From NCBI GenBank assembly GCA_036559405.1, contig DATBTF010000092.1, positions 1 through 59,552 on the forward strand: 59,552 nucleotides of DNA. Reading direction: 5' to 3'. This DNA is from Bdellovibrionota bacterium (GTDB lineage: Bacteria > Bdellovibrionota > UBA1018 > CAIPTA01). Positions 55,320 through 59,552 of this stretch are shown piece by piece. The position numbers and the translations under genes are program-made. The notes below the pieces were generated by a model. That model was not told the DNA's origin. It was given only the letters and a program-made list of their open reading frames with translations, and made no database searches. The first letter of the stretch is position 1; each line of letters begins with the position of its first letter.

Positions 55320-58300
55320 CTACTTGCGGATGATGGTGTAGTTGAGGCGGAAGTTCGCGCCCTGCAGATCACCGCTGCCGAACTTCAGCCGCACCGTTGA
55401 GTTCAGATCCTGTTGCGGCAACGCAAAGGTCCAGCCTTTGGTGAGCAAGGATTGCTGCAGGCTGGGCGTGATCTTCGCCCAATTGATGGCGCCCGTGGGA
55501 TGGTACTTTGCCACGTAGCTAGGAACGAATCCACCCGAGACGGTGAGTTTGCCCGCCTTCTCCGGCTTGATATTCACGGCGCCATCCACCACAGAGATCT
55601 GCACAGGGCCGGAATACGTGGCGAGCGCGCCCACATACGGCACGAGCGTCCCGCCGCGGGGGGCGTACATGTCCACGTCCAGCGGCTGGATCAGATTGGC
55701 CGAGATCAGGTTCGCACCGGCGCTCTTCTCATTCGAAAGCTGGGGAGCGGCGGCCGAGTTCCCTGCGAAGTGGAAAATGGAGGTATCGTTAAAGTTGTTC
55801 AAGTCCGGCCAAACGGCATCCTTGGCCATATGACTCGCCATCAACTGTTGAAAGGCCGGAAAGTCTCTGCTGCTGGCCCTGAAGGCAAGCGAGCGGTCAG
55901 AATGCGTGCAGGCGAGAATTGCTTTTAAGGTCGCGAGGGGCACATAGAGGGCGGCCTCTCCTACCCTCGGCTTGGGCTCAGCGGGAAACTCGCGCACTTC
56001 GGCGCCGCATTCGCCTCTCACGGAGGCGAATGTGAAATAAGCATCGCCACGTACGCGCATATCGCCGTTCTCATCGGCACGGCTGGGCGGTGCGAGCAGG
56101 CGGATGTTCTGGCCGTTCTGCAGTGGGTTGGTGAATGCGATGTCGATGTCCTTGGCAAGGCTCGCCTGGTCCAGCTGGTCCTGGATACCCTTGGCAAGCT
56201 CGGCGCGATAAGGATCGATCCGCTGAAGCTGCTTGAGCGCCTCGTTTCTCACTACTTCACCAAAGCCCTGGGGACCCGTGCAGTCCATCGAAACGGCCTG
56301 CCACGAGCCGGGAACCCAGTCAGCCTTGAAGTTCTGAAGGACGAGCCGGGGCGTTCCCGCCGTCTGGGTAAGAGTCAGTTTACCCGAAGCAGAGGCGGTG
56401 CCCTCGGGGAGCGCGAGCTTCACGTCACGGCAGCTGCCGTCGATGCGAACGTTCACCACATCCTCACCATTCACCACGCGGATGGTCTGGTGAGCTTCCA
56501 CGCTGTCGACGAGAATTTCCGCATTCATCCGGCGGCTCTTGAGGTTCCATTCCGAAGGGTTATTGGGATTCTGCGGGGCATCGAGCTGATAGTTCAGCTT
56601 CACTTTAATCCCGCTCACCTGAACCTCGAAAGGGTTGGTCACAACGATCGGATTCAAGGAAATTACCTGCTGACCCTTGGTCGCTTTAGCGATCACGTTG
56701 TCATGCAACAGGCGGGCGAACTCCGCCTTCTTCATAGTGAGAAGGAAGGGCGAGCGCACCACGTTGTCTGCAGCGGCAGCGGCCGAGGGGCCCATGCCGA
56801 TCGCAAGCGCGAAGATCATGAGCGCCATGCGGGGGCGCGGACGGCTCTTGGCTTTCACAGGCTCAGCGTCACCAGGGAAGATGAACCAGGGAAACATACG
56901 GAGCAGAGCCGGCAGGAAGATCAGGTCGCCGACCAATCCCACGCCGATCGACCAAAGCATATAGGCGCCGAAGGTACGGTTCGGAGTGAAATAGGAAGCG
57001 AGGAACACCGCGAAGCCACCGAGCACCGCGAGCGAGGAGAACAGGCAAGGGTTCCCTTCCTGATACCACGTGCGCATGATCACATCGGCCGCGCCCTTGA
57101 AGGTCTGCTGGACCTTCTTCAGGCGGGTGAGCAGAAAAACAGTGTTGTTATACGCCAGGCCGAGCGCGATCGAGAAGATGATGGCCACCACTGGCTTGAT
57201 CGGCGTCTTGAGGTACGACATCGTGAGCAACAGCGCGAGGGGCGGCAACAAGTTCGGTACAGCCGCGATCAGCGCAAGTCGCACCGAGCGGAACACCAGG
57301 ATCAGCAGAATCGAGATCAGCACGAGCGAGTGCCACAGACCGTAGATCAGGTCGGAGGAAAGCTCGGCGTTCAGCGGGTGCACCATCGCTGCCATCCCGC
57401 CGGCGTATACGTCCGAACCAGGGAAAGTACGCTTCACGTCGGCCGTGATCTTGCGGATCGCAGTGCTCATGCGATCGGCATCCACGTCCTTCATGCGGAA
57501 GCTGAGGCGGGTGGACTCACCGTCGTTCGAAAGAAAGTGTGCAATCGGGTTGTCGGCACCGGAGAATCCGTAAAGAAAGATGGTCTCGGCCACTGCTTTA
57601 CGGGAATCCAGGGACTGGATGCCGGTATTCAGGAAATCGGGCAGACCGATCACCGAACCTACGGCAGGGTCCTTACGCCACTTGACGAGCACATCCTTGA
57701 GCTTCTGGATGCGAACCGGCTCGTTCCACGGGTTCTCTTCGCCTTCCTGTTTGATCATCAAGTCGAGCGGGATCATTCCGCCGAGCTTGTGGTCCATCAG
57801 GTCGGTGGACTTCTGGAGATCGCCCACCTTCGGAAGGTCGTCATAGAGGCGAACGGACCAGTTGAGGCTCGTGCCTACCCCGGCGAACATAATCACCACG
57901 CCCGCCATCACTCCGAACACCACCATACGGCGGTGGTGGATCACCCAAAGGGCCCAGCGCGCTTTGGCGCCGGTCCAGGAGCGGGCCACTGGAATCGGGA
58001 AGAGATACATGAGTGAAGGCAGCGCGATCGACATACAAATGCAGCTCATCAGGATCCCGGCGCTCACACTTTGCGAGAACTGGCGGATCAGCGGCACTTG
58101 GCTCAGTACGAGCGTGGCAAATCCGATGATCGTAGTGGTCGACATCAGAAAGTTGGGGAAGAGAAGCGAGCGATAAGTGCTCCAAACCACACGCGCCTTC
58201 GAGGGCGGGTTTGGCTGGTTCATCGCCAGGCGATAGTTATCCCCGAAAATCAGCAAGGTATGCGAGCCAATGGCTAGAGCCTCGATACTGCAGATGATCG

Positions 58301-59132
58301 GCAAAGCAGAGCTGAGCACCGAGAAGGGAATCCCGAGCACTGCCAGGCAGGTGAAGGTCGCGATATTGGCGATGATCACGAGCACCAGGCACACAAATAC
58401 GGTGCTGAGCGAGCGGAAGTAGCAGAGAAGCGTGACCAGGCACACCAGAAAGGCCAGGCCGAAAAAGTTCACGAGCTCTTTGCTAAGCAGCGTGGTGATC
58501 TGCGTCTGCACGGGCAGCACGCCGCTCACCATTACCGTCGCGCCCTGTTCCGAGGCGATCTTGCCCAGGCGCGCGCGCACCTGCGCCATCACGTCGTTCA
58601 TCTGGTTCTCGGTCACGGGAGGCATGTCGGCGATCAAGGTCACGGCATGGCCGTCCTGAGAAATCAGGCCGGGGGTGAGCAGCGGATCCTTCAGGATGCG
58701 TTCAGCCCAACTCGCCTGGGGAACCATCCCGATGAGGCGGTCCACTTGGATCCCTTCCTTCTCGGTGGAGTTGGCCACTTCCACGTTGGAAAGGCTCAGC
58801 ACCTTTTCGATGTTTTCAATTTTGGCGATTTCGTCCGTGGCCCGCTCCAGACTAGCCATGCGCGCCTTGGTCAGCCAGGTGCCCTTGACGCCTTCGCCGA
58901 GCACCAAGTTCACGATCATGGGCTCGCGCTCGTTGATCCGGAAAGTTTTCTTCACGAGACGGTCGCTGTTGTAAAGCGGGTGGTCCTTAGGCATGAACTG
59001 GCTCATCGAATAGTGCGTGTTGAGCTCGCGCATCTTATGCACGCCCATGCCCATACCAACGCCCACAAGGGCGAGCACGGCTACGGCGACAGCTTTTAAC
59101 AGCTTCTCATTCGACAACTTCAACCACTGCAT
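55320..59132 (-). CDS. RND-superfamily (MMPL/COG1033-type) exporter fused to a ~500-aa C-terminal extracytoplasmic domain of unknown family
   Basis: 1270 aa. Residues 1-~755 show the 1+5 TM / loop / 1+5 TM layout of predicted RND exporters. Residues 769-788 (MALMIFALAIGMGPSAAAAA) look like a retained signal peptide. The remaining ~480 aa are soluble and beta-rich. AGGAG SD 6 nt upstream of the ATG at 59132. Confidence 0.85.
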   Translation of the reverse strand: MQWLKLSNEKLLKAVAVAVLALVGVGMGMGVHKMRELNTHYSMSQFMPKDHPLYNSDRLVKKTFRINEREPMIVNLVLGEGVKGTWLTKARMASLERATDEIAKIENIEKVLSLSNVEVANSTEKEGIQVDRLIGMVPQASWAERILKDPLLTPGLISQDGHAVTLIADMPPVTENQMNDVMAQVRARLGKIASEQGATVMVSGVLPVQTQITTLLSKELVNFFGLAFLVCLVTLLCYFRSLSTVFVCLVLVIIANIATFTCLAVLGIPFSVLSSALPIICSIEALAIGSHTLLIFGDNYRLAMNQPNPPSKARVVWSTYRSLLFPNFLMSTTTIIGFATLVLSQVPLIRQFSQSVSAGILMSCICMSIALPSLMYLFPIPVARSWTGAKARWALWVIHHRRMVVFGVMAGVVIMFAGVGTSLNWSVRLYDDLPKVGDLQKSTDLMDHKLGGMIPLDLMIKQEGEENPWNEPVRIQKLKDVLVKWRKDPAVGSVIGLPDFLNTGIQSLDSRKAVAETIFLYGFSGADNPIAHFLSNDGESTRLSFRMKDVDADRMSTAIRKITADVKRTFPGSDVYAGGMAAMVHPLNAELSSDLIYGLWHSLVLISILLILVFRSVRLALIAAVPNLLPPLALLLTMSYLKTPIKPVVAIIFSIALGLAYNNTVFLLTRLKKVQQTFKGAADVIMRTWYQEGNPCLFSSLAVLGGFAVFLASYFTPNRTFGAYMLWSIGVGLVGDLIFLPALLRMFPWFIFPGDAEPVKAKSRPRPRMALMIFALAIGMGPSAAAAADNVVRSPFLLTMKKAEFARLLHDNVIAKATKGQQVISLNPIVVTNPFEVQVSGIKVKLNYQLDAPQNPNNPSEWNLKSRRMNAEILVDSVEAHQTIRVVNGEDVVNVRIDGSCRDVKLALPEGTASASGKLTLTQTAGTPRLVLQNFKADWVPGSWQAVSMDCTGPQGFGEVVRNEALKQLQRIDPYRAELAKGIQDQLDQASLAKDIDIAFTNPLQNGQNIRLLAPPSRADENGDMRVRGDAYFTFASVRGECGAEVREFPAEPKPRVGEAALYVPLATLKAILACTHSDRSLAFRASSRDFPAFQQLMASHMAKDAVWPDLNNFNDTSIFHFAGNSAAAPQLSNEKSAGANLISANLIQPLDVDMYAPRGGTLVPYVGALATYSGPVQISVVDGAVNIKPEKAGKLTVSGGFVPSYVAKYHPTGAINWAKITPSLQQSLLTKGWTFALPQQDLNSTVRLKFGSGDLQGANFRLNYTIIRK

Positions 59133-59552
59133 CGGTTTCTCCTAAGAACGGGGCGCATCCAGGGATTTTGTATCGCGCTCCAGACAGCAGATCCGCACAG
59201 GTTGCGGGCTGACTTTTAAGCACGTTTTACCTTCCGTAGATGAGGCCTAATTTCGCATAGCGTGAGAGCGGAAACAAGTTTGTGTGTCCTGAAAAATAAT
59301 TAAAGTTTTTTAATCTCTGCAAGGGGTTACGCGAGTGAAAAAACCTACGCACGCTTGACTATCAAAATTTCCGAATGAATTTCGGGAGTAAGAATTATCA
59401 AAAAAAATGGGAGAAAAAATTCCCTAAACATTGACAGTAGATAGCGTTTTTTGTCGATTTTCCCCTATGAAAACTCGCTATCAGATCGAAATTAAGGGGG
59501 GCGCCGAGATTAAAAATCTTTCATTAAAATTTTTTAATGCGTAGAAATTTCT

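Noticed and set aside
56490-58016. 508-aa plus-strand ORF inside the RND gene
   Set aside because: It is antisense to a coherent 12-TM exporter. Its translation is His/Arg/Glu-rich with no TM segments or motifs.
59466-59543. 25-codon ORF (MKTRYQIEIKGGAEIKNLSLKFFNA) in the terminal AT-rich region
   Set aside because: It is too short, has no SD, and has no supporting evidence. Conservation or translation cannot be assessed from this window.

Overview
High-GC (about 60% by eye), densely coding chromosomal segment from a Gram-negative bacterium, with about 50 genes and no rRNA, tRNA, CRISPR array, transposase or integrase that I can see. The core content is housekeeping and stress genes: ftsH, lon, a CbpA-like J-protein, arfB, yciH, thioredoxin, an RRM RNA-binding protein, a heterodimeric ABC exporter pair, an eamA-betB-betA operon, a CHASE3-PAS histidine kinase and two single-domain response regulators. 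Three things stand out. (1) An archaeal/eukaryote-type chromatin and topology set: a top6B-top6A (topoisomerase VI) operon about 1 kb from a monocistronic 64-aa histone-fold gene. (2) A heavy load of Sec-signal-bearing predicted hydrolases: S8, LAS/M15-like, M48, M28, M14, three papain-like candidates and one clan-CD-like candidate. (3) Gene sets I cannot assign to any family. These are three tandem paralogous genes for secreted Pro/Ala-rich proteins (29369-33810), an RND/MMPL exporter fused to a ~500-aa C-terminal domain that keeps its own signal-peptide-like segment, and a ligase-associated-type MBL exonuclease paired with a PD-(D/E)XK-nuclease/XPD-like helicase fusion and no ligase. The non-coding observations are a palindromic element sharing the arms TGCGAACTC/GAGTTCGCA at two loci, sigma32-like promoter motifs ahead of lon, several rho-independent terminators, and many convergent gene pairs whose stop codons overlap or abut. 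Histone plus topo VI plus the hydrolase arsenal suggests a Bdellovibrionota/Oligoflexia-like organism. That is inference only. All calls come from reading the translations and the DNA by eye; no searches were run.
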